From Centroscyllium fabricii (taxonomy: Eukaryota), in NCBI GenBank assembly GCA_051313645.2, contig JBNRSN020000028.1:46128001-46192000 (forward strand): a DNA stretch of 64,000 bases. The letters are read 5' to 3'. This document shows, piece after piece, positions 22,979 to 36,400 of this stretch. The position numbers and the translations under genes were made by a program. How positions within the stretch are numbered: the first letter of the stretch is position 1; every line of letters begins with the position of its first letter. The notes under the pieces are model-generated. The model saw only the letters and a program-made list of their open reading frames with translations, was not told where the DNA came from and searched no databases.

Positions 22979-25188
22979 GTTCTCTCAGACTGGCAATCAG
23001 TGACTGTTCTTGTTCGACAAGTGTCGGTGCTGGGGCACCAACTCTTTATAATCTATATTATAGATTTGGAGGAAGGGACCAAGTGCACTCATCAAAGATT
23101 GTGGATTAAACAAAGATGGGAGGGAGAGCGATAAGTGAGGAGGAGATTAAAACCTGTAAAAGGTCATAGATCGGCTAAGTGAGTGGCAGAGATTTGGGAG
23201 ATGGAATATAATACTGGAAAGTGTGAAGTTATGCACCATGGCAGGACAAATAATAGAGAGAGTTATTATCTAAATGGAAAGAAACTGGAAAGTACTTCAG
23301 TAAAAAGGGATCTGGTGGTCCTGGTTTCACAGGGTGCCTGTCCCTTTAAGGTTTCAAAACAGCTTGGTTGTGTGCAGCACACCTGTTTTGAGGACTTGTT
23401 CCCCTGGTTATTCCATTATCATATCAATTATCTGTTTCACATGCCTGTGTGTCCCTGTTCTCATTGCCTGCAGCTTATTGGCTAACACTATATGATCTGT
23501 TTGCCGGTTTGGCTCATAAGCTGGAGGTCTTAACCAGGCAGGTGCGGGATCATTGAACTAGATAGATTCATTACATTGAATTGACTTTCTTCAAACTACT
23601 GGAAGAGTTGGTTGCTGTTCTGAGCTGCTGGAGAGGCAATGGGTTTGGGAGTTCAATCGCTCAGCCTGGACATTGCACTCTGCTACCTGAAGCTCAGGCT
23701 TGGACATTCATCTGTCGAGTAAGGGCGTTCCCCTGCTAGTGGATCAGGTATTCTCACTCCCGTGAACCCCGTTGGGTTAAGTCCCCGCAGAAGAGCGGAT
23801 GATGAAATGAGATCCAGTATCTACTCCTTGGACATTTGGTCATTATCACCCGAACTCAGGTTTGGACGTTGCAGTAGGGTATGTGAGAAGTCTCAAGGAT
23901 TGAGGATGGATTCTCCTTCTGAAGACTCTGAAGAGATGGGTTGCAGCTTTAGGGCGGACTCTGGGAGAGTTCCATTACTTATCCAGGACATTGCTCGCAC
24001 CCACCTGTATTCAGGTTATGGACAAGGATTTCTCTACTCTATGATGCGCTTTGTTGCGTAGCATTCCACACAACTTTGGGAAGTTTGGTACCAGTTCCGA
24101 AAGGAACTTGTTTTCTATTTCTATCTCGTTATTTTGCAACTGTAAATAGCTCGTGCCAGTTTTCTATCGAAGACTTGTTTAGATATGTATATATTTGTGT
24201 ATGTGTGAATGCATTTATTAGGTTTTCGGTAATTTGTATATATTAAAAGAGTTTAGCTCTAGAAAGCCGTTTCAGTGTATTTGCATTTGGGCCCCACCAC
24301 ATTCCGTTACACCTGGTGCATGAAACACAAAAAAATAGTATGCAGGTGCAGCCAGTGGTCAGGAAGGCCAACGGAATGTTGGCTTTTATTGCTAAGGGGA
24401 TGTAATATATAAGCAGGGATGTCTTGCTGCAGTTGTACAGGGTATTGCTGTGACCACACCTGGAGTACAGCTTGCAGTTCTGGTATCCGTATTTAACAAA
24501 GAACATACTTGCTCTCGAGGCAGTGCAAAGAATGTTCTCTAGATTAATTCCGGGGATGAGGTGACCGACATATGACGAGAGGTAGAGTAGATTGGGCCTC
24601 TATACATTGGAGTTCAGAAGAATGAGAGGCGATCTTATTGAAACATATAAGTTTCTGAGAGGGCTTGATGCGGTGAGGATGTTCCCGATGGTGGGTGAAA
24701 CTAGTACTGGGGGCATAATCTTAAAATAAGGGGCTGCCATTTCAAAACTGAGATGAGGAAAAACGTCTTCACTCTGTGGGTGGTGGGGCTGTGGAATTTG
24801 CTGCCCCAGAGCGCTGTCGAAGCTACTACATTGAATAGATTTAAAACAGAGATAGACATTTTCCTGGAAGTAAAGGGAATTAGGGGTTATGGTGAGCGGG
24901 CAGGTAAGTAGATGTGAGGCTAGGTTCAGATCGGCCATGTGATCTCCTGGACCAGTTTTCAATCGCTAGGTGGGTGGGAGAGGAATTTCCCAGATCTTTT
25001 CTCCCAAATCGGCCACTGGTTTTTTTTATCTGGTTTATCGCCTGTACCGGGTTCGGGTGGGATGGAGAGTAAAAGTAAAATTGAGGTTAGGATCAGATCA
25101 GCCATGATCTTGTTGAATGGCGGAGCAGGATCGAGGGGCCAATTGTCATACTCTTGCTCCTATTTCGTATGTACTTATCTCCTTATGC
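22979..25188 (+). mobile_element. CR1 3' half interrupted by a solo LTR
   Basis: WEMEYNTGKCEVMH; resumes at 24312 (gtgcatgaaacacaaaaa); 3' tail at ~25090-25180. Confidence 0.85.
23325..24311 (+). mobile_element. Solo LTR (~987 bp) related to the LTRs at 50385-52738
   Basis: TSD CCTGG (23320-23324, 24312-24316); ends gcatttgggccccaccacattccgttaca; shares gggcggactctgggagagttccattactt with the reverse complement of the 50-52 kb LTRs. Confidence 0.85.
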
Positions 25189-28100
25189 ATTAGATTAAGG
25201 AAGAGGCTTATAAAGCTGCCGAAAACGTAGTAAGGCTGAGGATTGGGAGAATTTCAGGATTCAGCAGATGATGACCAAGAAATTGGTAAATAAAGGGAAA
25301 ATAAATTTAGATTAAAACTGGCGAGAGACAAACATACAGATTGTAAACTTCTCTATAAATATGTAGAGAGGAAGAGATTAGCGGAAGTAAACGTGGGTTC
25401 CGTGCAGTCATTGACAGGAGAAATTATAATGGTGAATAAGGAAGTGGTAGAGTCACTCAATGCAAAATGTGTATCTGTCTTCACGGTAGAAGACAAAAAA
25501 CTCTTTCCGGAAATAATTGGGAGCCAATGGTCTCTTTAGAATGAGAAAATCAAAGAAATTAGGATTTGTAAAGCTATTGTACTGCAGAAATTAACGGGAC
25601 TAAAGCCGACATCCCCTCGACCTGATGGCTCACATCCTAAAGTTTTGGAAAGTGTTGCCGTCTTATATATTGGGTGCATTGATTTTGCCATTCCAGAATT
25701 CCCTAGATTTTAGAATGGTCCCTCTGGGTTTCAATTAGCAAATGTAACCCGACTATTCAAGAAACGAGGGAGAGCAAAAATAGGGAACTTTACACCTGTT
25801 AGCGACATATCAGTACAAGGGAAAATGCTGGAATCTATTAAAATAGACGTGGTGACAGGGCACTGAGAAAATTCTTGTCTGGTTGGGCATTCAACACGGA
25901 CTTACTAAAGGGAAATCGTGTTTGACAAATATGTTAGATTCTTGGATGTTGTAACTAGCACGGCACATAATGTGGAACCAGCGGATGTGGTGTATTAGGA
26001 TTTTCATAAAGCATTGGATAAAGTGCCGCACAAGGGGTTATTACACTGCTATACAGCTCGTGGGATTTGTGGCAATGTATTAGCATGGATCGAGGACTAG
26101 CTGACAGACAGAAAATAGAGTTGTAATGGGTGTAGGTTGGGCCCAAATGCAATACACCGAAACAGCATATGTAGAAGTAAACTACTTTATTTCTGAGCAG
26201 TAGAAGACACTGGTAACAGTGGGTCGATATATAGGCAGAAATTCACGGAGGCAACAAGTCCAAAACAGAGGTCACGGAGGCAACAAGTCCAAAACAGAGG
26301 TCAGGCAGAAGAGAATCCAAATTCCAAAGTCCACGAAACCGACAAATCCAAACGGGGTCAGGCAGAAGAGAGTCCACGATCCAGAAAGCAGGTCAGTATC
26401 TGGAACAGGTAGCATAAGAGAGCTAAGAAAAAACACAGGTTACCTCAGTCAGAAAGCACAAAACGATCTGGCAACCACTGGGTAGAAAACATGGGTTTAA
26501 ATACAGCTCCTGATTGACACTGGTGACTCTGGGCTGTTCAATCAGGTGCGAGCAGTAGAGCTAACGAGGTGGTTGCCAAGCAGAGCTAATAAGGTAGTTG
26601 CCAATTAAAGAGGAAGAGCCAACCTATGACAGAACCCCCCCTCAAGGAACGGCTCCTGACGTCCTAAACCCCAAATGCCGGAGTCGGATGGGCAGAGGGG
26701 GTGCGGAGGAGGGACTAATATTCCTCAGAACCCACATCCACGTCAATTTCATCAGTCGAATGACGGGAATTTTCCTCATCAGAGGATTGCACCTCCTCGT
26801 CCAGGGTTTCAGGAGAATGCACGGAACTGGTGCCTTGAACAGACTCCCCAGGGGGCGCAGTCCTGCTACTCGGTTGGTCGGGGTGCCTTCTGTGGAAGTT
26901 GGCCATAAGCTGAGGATCAACAATGTGACGAGCAGGAACTCAGGACCTCTCCTCTGGACCATACACCTCCCAGTCCACCAGGTACTGAATTCCTCTCCCT
27001 CAGCGAAGCAGGCGGCGAACCGTGTAGACCAACACGCCGTCGAGCATACGAGGAGGCGGAGGGGGCGTGGCAACAGGCACCAATGCACTCTCTCGTGCTG
27101 GTTTGACCCGCGACATATGAAAAGTGGGCTGAACCCACATGGATCGAGGAAGCTTGAGTCTCACTGCCGCTGGTTGATGACCTTCTGGATCTCGAAGGGA
27201 CCGATAAACCTGGGAGCTAGCTTCTTAGACTCCACCTGGAGGGGCAGGTCCTTAGTGGAGAGCCACACCTTCTGACCAGCCTGATAGGTAGGAGCCTCTG
27301 AGCGACGACGGTTGGCAGCGGCAGAGTAGCGGTCCGCTGAGCGCAGCAACGAAGTCCGTGCCTGGGCCCAAGTCCGGCGACATCGATTAATAAATGACTG
27401 GACGGAGGGACAGGAAACCTCCCTCTCCAGGTCCGAAAACAATTGGGGCTGGAACCCATAGGCGCACTGGAACGGAGAGAGTCCGCTGGCGGAACTGGTC
27501 AGGGTGTTGTGGGCGTACTCTACCCACAGGAGGTACTGGGACTAGGAAGAGGGATTCTGGGAGACCATGCATCTTACAGGCTTCTCCATCTCCTGATTCA
27601 TGCGTTCAGACTGCCCGTTGGACTACGGATGAAACCCTGAAGACAGACTGACTGTGGCCCCGATCAGCCTGCAGAACTCCCTCCAGAATACTGACGTAAA
27701 CTGTGGACCACGATCAGAGACTACGTCGACAGGAAGACCATGAAGATGGAAAACATGTTGCAGCATAATTTCAGCCGTCTTCTTCGCTGAGGGCAGTTTA
27801 GGCAGAGGTATGAAATGAGCCATCTTGCTGAATCGTTCCACCACTGTCAGGACAGTGGTTAGTCCCTTGGATGGAGGCAGACAAAGTCCAAGCATATGTG
27901 GGACCAAGGACGATGTGGCACCGGCAGAGGTTGCAGGAGACCAGCGGGAGCCCAATGAGATGGCTTGTGTTGGTTGCAGACCGAGCAGGCGTTGACAAAC
28001 TCCCGGGTGTCTTCTTCCAGAGTATCCCACCAGAGCCTCCACAGTATAACCTCATTGGTCGTTTGAGCCCCCGGATGGCAGGAAAGCTTGGAAGCGTGGG

Positions 28101-29970
28101 CCCACTGGAGAACATCATGTCTAAGGTCCCTGCGAACGAACAGACGGTCGGGAGGACAACCGTTGGGTCCAGCCTGATTCTCCATGACTGATCTCACTCT
28201 CTCCTCGATCTCCCACGTAATGGCAGCAATCAGACATGGAGCTGGAAGGATGAGGTCAGATCCAGGAGCGGAACTCTCCTCCTTCTGGAACTGGCGGGAC
28301 AGAGCATCAGGCTTGATATTGCGAGAACCAGGCCGGTAGGAGAGGGAAAAGTTGAAATGGGTAAAGAAGGGGGACCACCTGGCCTGCTGTGAATTCAGCC
28401 TCTTGGCCGTACGAATGTATTCGAGGTTCTTATGGTCTGTCCAGACTAGGAACGGCAGCTTGGTCCCCTCTAGCCAATGGCGCCACTCCTCCAATGCCAT
28501 CTTGACCGCCAGTAACTCCTGGTTCCCGATGTCTTAATTCCTCTCTGCCGAGGACAGGCATTTAGAAAAATAGGCACAGGGATGTAGCTTTTGGTCGGAA
28601 GCGGAACGTTGGGATAGAATAACCCCTACTCCCACATCTGATGCGTCCACTTCCACCACGAACTGCTGATCCTGATCAGGCACCTGGAGAATGGGAGCAG
28701 AGTTGAACCAGGACCTGAGACCTCGAAAAGCCTCCTGCGCTGCGGAAGACCACAGAAACGGCACCTTAGAGGAGGTAAGGGCCGACAACGGGGCCGCTAC
28801 CGTGCTGTAGCCGTGAATGAACATTCGCGAACACCAGGAACAGCTGTAGCTGTTTACGTGTCTCTGGAATAGGCCAAGATGCGACAGCTGACACCTTCTC
28901 TGGATCGATCTGCAGGCTCCCCTGCGCAATGATGTACCCCAAGAAAGATATGGTAGTGGCGTGAAACTCACAAATCTCCGCCTTCACAAATAACGAGTTC
29001 TCGAGGAGCCGTTGCAGGACAATCTGGACATGGTGAACATGCTCCTCACGAGACTTAGAAAAAATCAAAATGTCGTCCATGTAAACGAACACGAACCGGT
29101 TCAGCATGTCCCTTAACACGTCATTCATCAAGGCTTGGAATACCGCCGGGGCATTGGTTAACCCGAACGGCATTACGAGGTATTCATAATGACCAGAGGG
29201 AGTGTTGAAAGCTGTCTTCCATTCATCACCCTCTCGGATCCGGACCAGGTGATAGGCATTACGAAGGTCAGCTTGGTAAAGATGATCACCCCCTGTAGCA
29301 ACTCAAAGGCAGAAGAGATGAGTGGAAGAGGATACCGGTTCTTTATCGGGATGTCATTTAGGCCCCTGTAGTCGATGCCTGGTCGCAGCGAACCATCCTT
29401 CTTACCAACAAAAAAGAATCCAGCCCCAGCAGGTGATGAAGAGGGACGGATGATCCCCTCCACCATAGAGTCGCTGATGTACGCTTCCATGGCCTCCCTC
29501 TCAGGTGCAGACAAGGAATACAGGCATCCCTTGGGTGGGGAAGAACCTGGCTGCAGATCAATGGCGCAGTCGTAGGGGCGATGCGAAGGCAGCGACGTGG
29601 CTCTAGCCTTGCTGAATACATCCTAAAATTGTGGTATTCAGTGGGGACCACCGAAAGATCTGGAGCGGGAAGAGGTGTTAATGGCTGTCGGGACACGGTG
29701 GCCTGTTTCAGGCAGACCTGGTGACAGGAGGAACTCCACCCCAGAATGGTTCCCGGCACAAGAGTGTAGAAATAAAAGAGTCATTTTCGGGTTGGCAGGC
29801 TGTAACTAGTAGGCTACCGCAAGGATCAGTGCTTGGCCTGCGCTATTTACATGTTATATCAATGAATTAGATGAGGGCGCGGAGTTTAATTTGTTCTAGG
29901 GTTTTGACTATTCAAACCTAGGTGGGAAAGTAAGCAGGGAGGAGGATGTGAACAGGCTGCAAAGGGAATT
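25189..29970 (+). mobile_element. Old CR1 ORF2 fragment (25189-26121, 29761-29970) hosting the chromovirus
   Basis: gcaaatgtaaccccgactattcaagaaa (ANVTRLFKK); acagacagaaaatagagt|...|agagtgtagaaataaaagagtcattttc continuity. Confidence 0.8.
26122..29760 (-). mobile_element. Chromodomain-bearing Ty3/Gypsy (sushi/Tf1-like) remnant: 3' LTR 26122-26631, PPT, pol; gag and 5' LTR lost
   Basis: RT ([21 protein letters not shown]), RNase H ([19 protein letters not shown]), integrase ([23 protein letters not shown]), GPF module (PRFIGPF), chromodomain (QYLVDWEVYGPEERS); PPT at 26632-26645; AGAGT on both sides. Confidence 0.95.
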
Positions 29971-30125
29971 GGCAATCAAATTTACAGAAGGGGACGATTC
30001 GGCCCATCGATATCTGTAACGGCTATCAAATTTGCATTCACATAGCTCCTTGCACGATCTCAGGACATCCCAAAGCGAACAATGAGAATATTTTTTAATT
30101 CATAGTTGAATGCAAAATGTTTACC

Positions 30126-30490
30126 ATTGCCACGTTCTTTCCCCGTAGCGCCCTATCAATGCAATCATAACTACACTGCCCCACTTTTTCTCTATAACCC
30201 TGTGCCTGTTCCAAACTAATTTCACTGCCCAATCTCTCGCCATAGCCCTGTATCAATCGAAAGCAAATATCATCTTCATGCTCTCTCCCAATGCAATCCA
30301 AAACCAATCAACGTTTCCGCTCTCTCCCTTTGTTCAATATGAAACGTTTCGCAATGCCCTGCTCCCTCCCGATAATCCTGTATCAATCAAAAACTCATCC
30401 CCCTGCCCCAATCCTCTCTCCAAATGCCTGGATCAATCTTGAAGTATCACCATTGCCCGCTCTCTTCTGATAGTGCTGTGTCAGTCCCAA
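30126..30490. repeat. Degenerate ~49-bp tandem repeat (~7 units)
   Basis: Recurring cactgccc..ctctctcc..tagccctgtatcaatc at ~30126, 30174, 30223, 30352, 30450. Confidence 0.6.
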
Positions 30491-31074
30491 AGGAATCGCA
30501 CTCAGAATGACCATGAACTCAGATGCCACACAATGGGCTCCTTAGTACCAGAAAAAGTGCACAAGATTAATTTAGCAGAATAGAATTAAGAGCTTTATTC
30601 CAGATTTAATGAGCAGCTACCTGATGATACAAAACATAAAACAACGACATGTTTTCCATTGTCGTAGGAAGGGATATGGGAAAACCAATAGCTGACCTGG
30701 AGTTCAAGCTCCCCTGAGGATTCCTGACTGAAGCAGAGAAATTCAAGTTATATATCTGCAGAGCTCTTGTCAAATAACTGAACAATTAATGGTCAGCTAT
30801 CAGCAGATAACAATATGGGAATCATTGCTCCACTAACGGCAAATAACAACAAATTAGGATGTTTATGTCTCTAATAGAGAAATGTCACCTGTCAGTGAAG
30901 CTCAAGGTAAACTCGAGTAGCTGCTCCTCTTCGTTATATTAGGCACTTTACAGCCATCGAGACTCAACAATGAGTTCACCAATTTCAGACTAGAAACACT
31001 GCCCCAAATTATCAGGCTGTGAATGACTCTAACATCACAATTTGTAACATTTAATCTCACCAGTCAGTAAGATG

Positions 31075-31280
31075 AGATGTCTGTGTATCAGGTAGAGGAA
31101 GGTCACCTGTCAGCAAATTGGGGTATATTTGTCTCTGTTACAGGAAGGCCACCTGTCAGGAATTTGTTATATGTGTGCCTCTGCTAGAGGAATGTCGTCT
31201 GTCAGTAAATTAGGATGTGTGTGCCTTTGGTGGAGGAAGTTCAGCTGTCCATAAATTGGGATGCTTGTTTCTCTGGCAGC
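31075..31280 (+). repeat. Outlying 46-bp satellite monomers, separated from the main array by a CR1
   Basis: 4-5 units of ggaaggtcacctgtcagcaaattggg type. Confidence 0.85.
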
Positions 31281-33460
31281 ATCTCACCGTTCAACAAAGG
31301 AGGAAAAAGGGATTAATTAAGAAGGGGGATATAGAGTATGAGAGTAAGCTTGAAGGGAACATAAAACTGACTGTAAGAGCATTTATAGATATGTTAAGAG
31401 AAAAAGATCGGTGATGTGCGGGTTAGGTTGATTGGCCATGATAAATTGACCCTTAGCGTTAGGGGGATTGAATGTGTGGGGTTACGGGGATAGGGTGGGA
31501 CATGTGTCGGTGCAGGCTCGATAGGGATATGGGGAGAAGGCAGTGGCGGGGTACTGGCTTTGGATGATCAGCCATGATCTCATTGAATGGCGGAGCAGGC
31601 TCGAAGGGCCGAATGGCCTACTCCTGCTCCTATCTTCTATGTTTCTATGTTTATGTAAGTCAAGCGTAGGTCACTTGCAGTCAGATTCAGGGGAATTTTC
31701 AATGGGGAACAAAGACATGGCAGATAAAGTAAATACACACTTTGCTTCTGTATTCATAAAGGAGGACACAAACATACTTCCAGAGATGTCAGGGAACATG
31801 TGGTCTAATGAAAAGCAGGATATAATGGAAATCATTATTTGTAGTGGAATGGTGTTAGATAAATTGACGGGATTGAAGGCCGAGAAATCCTCAGGGCCTG
31901 ATAATCTACATCCTGGGTACTTAAGGAAGTGGCCCTTAAAATAGTGGATGATTGCTGGTCATCTTCCAAAATTCGATAGGCTCTGGAGCAGTACACATGG
32001 ATTAGAGAGATGCTATAATTACCCCACTGTTCAAAAAAGGTGGTAGAGACAAAACGTGGAATTTCAGCCCGTAAGCCTGACATCGGTAGTGGAAAAAATG
32101 CTAGATTCCATTTTAAAAGGTGTAATAGCTGAGCACTTGGAAAATGGTGACCGGATCGGATAAAGTCAACATGGATTTACAAAAGCTAAATCGTACTTGA
32201 CTAATCTACATGAAATTTTGAGGTTGCAGCTGGTAAAATAGACAAGTGAAAACCAGTAGATGTGGTGTATTTTGACTTTAAAAATGCTTTTGAGAAGGTC
32301 CCGCATAATGGATTAGCGTGTGAAGCTAAGGCACAAGGAATGGGGGCAAGGTATTGACTTGGATAGAAAACATGTTTGGCAGAGAGAAAGCGAAGAGCTG
32401 GAATAAAGGACTCGTTTCCCGAGTGGCAGGCAGTGACTAGTGGGGCACCACAGTTGTCAGTCCTTCGCCCAGACCTATTCACAAGATATATTAATGATCT
32501 GGACGAGGGAACTAGATATAATATCTCAAATTGTGCAGACGACACAAAGCTGGGTGGGCGTGTGTGCTGTGAGGAGGATGCAGAGATACCCCGATTTGAT
32601 TTGGACAGGTTGGGTGATTGCGGCGTAGCATGGCAGATGCAATATAACGTGGATAAATGCGAGGTTATTTACTTTGTGTCAAAAACAAGTAGGCAGATTA
32701 TTATTTCAAAGACAATTGAGCGGAAGTAGGGGAAGTGCAACGAGACCTAGACAATGTTGTCCACCAGCCGCTGATGGTAAGCATGCAGGTGCAGCATGTG
32801 GTTAAGAAGGCAAATGGTATGTTGGCAGTCGCCGCGAGAGGGTTTGAGTACAGGAACAACGATGTCTTGCTGCAGTTCTACAGGGCCTTCGTGAGACTAC
32901 ATATTGAATATTGTCGACAGTTTTGGTCGCCTTATCTAAGGAAGGATGTTATTGCCATGGAAGGAGTGCAGCGAAGATTCTCCAGGCTGATACGTGGGAT
33001 GGCAGGAATGACATAGGAGGAGAGATTGTGTCGATTGGGCTTGTACTCACAGGAGTTTAGAACAATGAGTGGGGATCTTATTGAAACTTATAAAATTCTA
33101 ACATGACTGGACAGACCAGATGCAGGAAGGATGTTCCCGATGGTGGAGGGGTCCAGCAAAAGGGGTCACAGTCTAGTGATGAGAGGTGAGCCTTTTAGGA
33201 CAGAGCTGAGGAGGAAGTTCTTCTCCCAGAGTGTGGTGAACCTGCGGAATTCTCTCGCACAGAAGGCAGTGGAGGCCAATTCATTTCATATATTCAAGAA
33301 GGAGTTGGATATATTTGTTAAGTCTAAAGGTATCAAGAGATATGGAGTGAAAGCATGGATAGGGTACTGAATTTGGCTGATCAGCCATGATCGCCTTGAA
33401 TGGCGTAGCAGGCTCGATAGGCCGAATGGCCTCCTCCTGCTGCTATCTTATGTTTCTTGT
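31281..33460 (+). mobile_element. CR1 ORF2 RT-to-3' end, containing a SINE 3' part (~31411-31654)
   Basis: GLKAEKSSGPDNLHP; RYINDLDEG..CADDTKLGG; FWSPYLRKD; KRGHSL; 3' tail. Confidence 0.9.
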
Positions 33461-36400
33461 TGCCCTGTTAAGAAAGTCAATTGTCAGTATATTGGGATGT
33501 TTGTGTCTCTAGTACAGGAATATCACCTGGCAGGATATTTGGATTTAGTGTCTCTGGTATAGGATGTTCATCTGTCAGTATATTGGGATGTTTGTGTCTC
33601 TAGTACAGGAAGGTTACATGACAGTAAATTGGGTTGTTCGTGCCTCGGGTACAGGACGGTGACCAGTCAGTAAATTGGGATGCGTGTATCTCTTGTGCAG
33701 GAACTTCCCCTGTCAGTAAATTGACATGTATTGGGTACCGGAGAGTCACATATCAGTAATTTGCAAGTTTTTGATTCTCTGGAACAGGAAGATCATCTTT
33801 CAGTAAATTGGGCTGCTTGTGTCTCTGGTACAAGAACTTCACATGTGAGTAATTTGCAAGGGTCGGATTCTCTGCAACAGGAGGCTCAAATGTCAGTAAA
33901 TTGGGATGCTTGTGCGAGAGGAAGGTCACTTATCAGTCTATTGGGAATCTTGTGTATCTGGTACAGGAAGTTCTCCTGTCAGAAAATGGGAATGACTGTG
34001 TCTCTAGTGCAGGAAGATCCCCTGTCAGAATGCTGGAATGTTTGTTTCTCGGGTAAAGGAAGGTGATCTGTCAGTAAATCGGGATGTTTCTGTATTGGGT
34101 ACAAAAATTTCACGTGTCAGTAAATCAGGATGTTTGTGTCTCGGGTACAGGAAATTTTCCCTGTCAGTAAATTGGGATGTTTGTAACCCTGGTACAGGAA
34201 GGCCACCTGTCACTAAATTGGGTGTTTGAGTCTCTCGTACAGGAACGTCACCTGCCATTAAAATGGAATGATTGAAACTCTGGTACAGGAAGGTCATCTT
34301 TCAGTAAATTGGGATGTTTTTGTCTCTGGTGCAGGAACCTCACATGTGAGTAATTTGCGAGGGTTTCATTCTCTGGTACGGGAATGTCAGCTTTCAAGGA
34401 ATTGGTATATTTGAGTCTGTGGTACAGGAAGGAAACATGTCTGTAAATTGGGTTGTTTGAGTGTCTGGTAGAGAAAGGTCAACTGTCAGTATATTGGAAT
34501 GTTTGTGTTGCTGGTACAGGAAGGAAACCTGTCAGTAAATTGGGATTTTCTGTCTCTGGTACAGGAAGGTCACATGTTAGTTAATTGGGATATTTGTGTC
34601 TCTGGTACAAGAAGTTCACCTATCAGAAAATTGGGATGATTGAGTCTCTCGTGCAGAAAGGTTTTCCGTCATTAAAATGGGTTTGTGTCTCTGGTACACG
34701 AAGGTCACCTGATATTAATTTCCCAGGGTTTGGTTAACAGGAACAGGAAGGTCACCTGTCAGTAAATTGGGATGTTTGTGTCTCGGGTACAGGACGGTCA
34801 CCTGTCAGCAACTTGGGATGTCATTCTCCCTGGAAAAGGAAGGTCACCTGTCAGTAAATTGGGGTGCAGTATCTCTGGTACAGGCCGAAAACCTCTCAGC
34901 ATATTTGCATGATTGTCTCTCTGATACAGGAAGGACACATTTCAGTAAATTAGTTTTTTTGTTTCTGGTAAAGGAATTTCAACTGTAAGTAAATTGGGAT
35001 GTTTGTGTCTCTGGTACAGAAACGTCACCTGTCAGTAAATTGGATTTTGTGTCTCTGGTACAGGAAAGTCACCTGTTAGTAAATTGGAATGCTTTTGTCA
35101 CTGGTACAGCAAGGACACCTGTCAGTAAATTGGGATGTATTTATCGAAAACAGTAAAGTCACCTGTCCATAAATTGGGATGATTGTGTCTATGGTACAGG
35201 AAGTTCACCTGCCAATATCTTTAGATGTCTGTGTCTCTGGTACAGGAACATCGCATGTTAGTGAACTGGGACGTTTGTGTCCATGGGACAAGAAGGTTAG
35301 CTTTCTTTAAATTGGGATTATTGTGACTCAGGTACAGGAATGTCACCTACCAATAAATTGGGGACTTTGTGTCTCTGAAACCGGAGAATCACCTGTCATT
35401 AAAGTGAGATTTTTGTCTCTGGTACAGGAAGGTCACCTATCAGTTAACGGGGATGTTTGTGTCTTTGGTACAGGAAGGTCAAATGTCAGGAAATTGGGAT
35501 GTTTGTATTTCTGGTACAGGAAGGTCAACTGTCAGTAAATAGGGATGTTTTTGTCTCTGGTACAGGAACTTCAGCTGTCGGAAAATTGGGATGTTTGTCT
35601 CTCTGGTACAGGAAAGTCAACTGCCTGTATATTGGGATGTGTGGGTCTCTGATACAGGAGCGAGACCTCTCAGAAAATGTGGATGTTTTTGTCACTAATA
35701 CAGTAAGGTCAGCTGTCAGTTTATAGGGATCTTTTTGTCTCTGGTACAGGATTTTCAGCTGTAGGTAAATTGGGATGTTTGTCTCTCTGGTACAGGAAGG
35801 TCAACTGCCTGTATATTGGGATGTGTGGGTCTCTGATACAGGAGCGAGACCTCTCAGAAAATTTGGATGTTTTTGTCACTGGTACAGGAAGGTCAGCTGT
35901 CAGTTTATAGGGATGTGTGTGTATCTGTTGCAGGAAGATCACCTGTCTGTATATTGGGATGTTATTGGCACTGGTACAGGAAGGTCACATGTTAAGTAAT
36001 TTGTATGTTTCTGTCTCTGTTGCAGGAAGTTCACCTGTCCGTAAATTGGTATGTTTGTGGCTCGGGTAGAGGAAGTTCACATGTCGGTAAATTTGGATGT
36101 TTGTGTCTCGGGTACAAGAAAGTCACCTGTCAGTATACTGGGATGATTGTGTCTCTGGTACAGGACGGTCACCTGCCAGTATCTTTAGATGTCTGTGTCT
36201 CTGGTACAGGAATATCACCATCTGTAAATTGAGCTGTTTGTGTCTCTGGTACAGGAGCCAGACCTCTCAGTAAATTTGGATGTTTTTGTCACTGGTACAG
36301 GAAGGTCACCTGTCAGTAAATTGGGATGTTTTGTTTCTGGTACAGCAAGGTCGCCTTTCAGTAAATTGGGATATGATTCTCTGGTATAGTGAGGTCAGCT

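Noticed and set aside
21842-25188. Twin-priming inversion of a single CR1
   Set aside because: Both arms include their own 3' ends and overlap in RT coordinates, so they are two separate insertions
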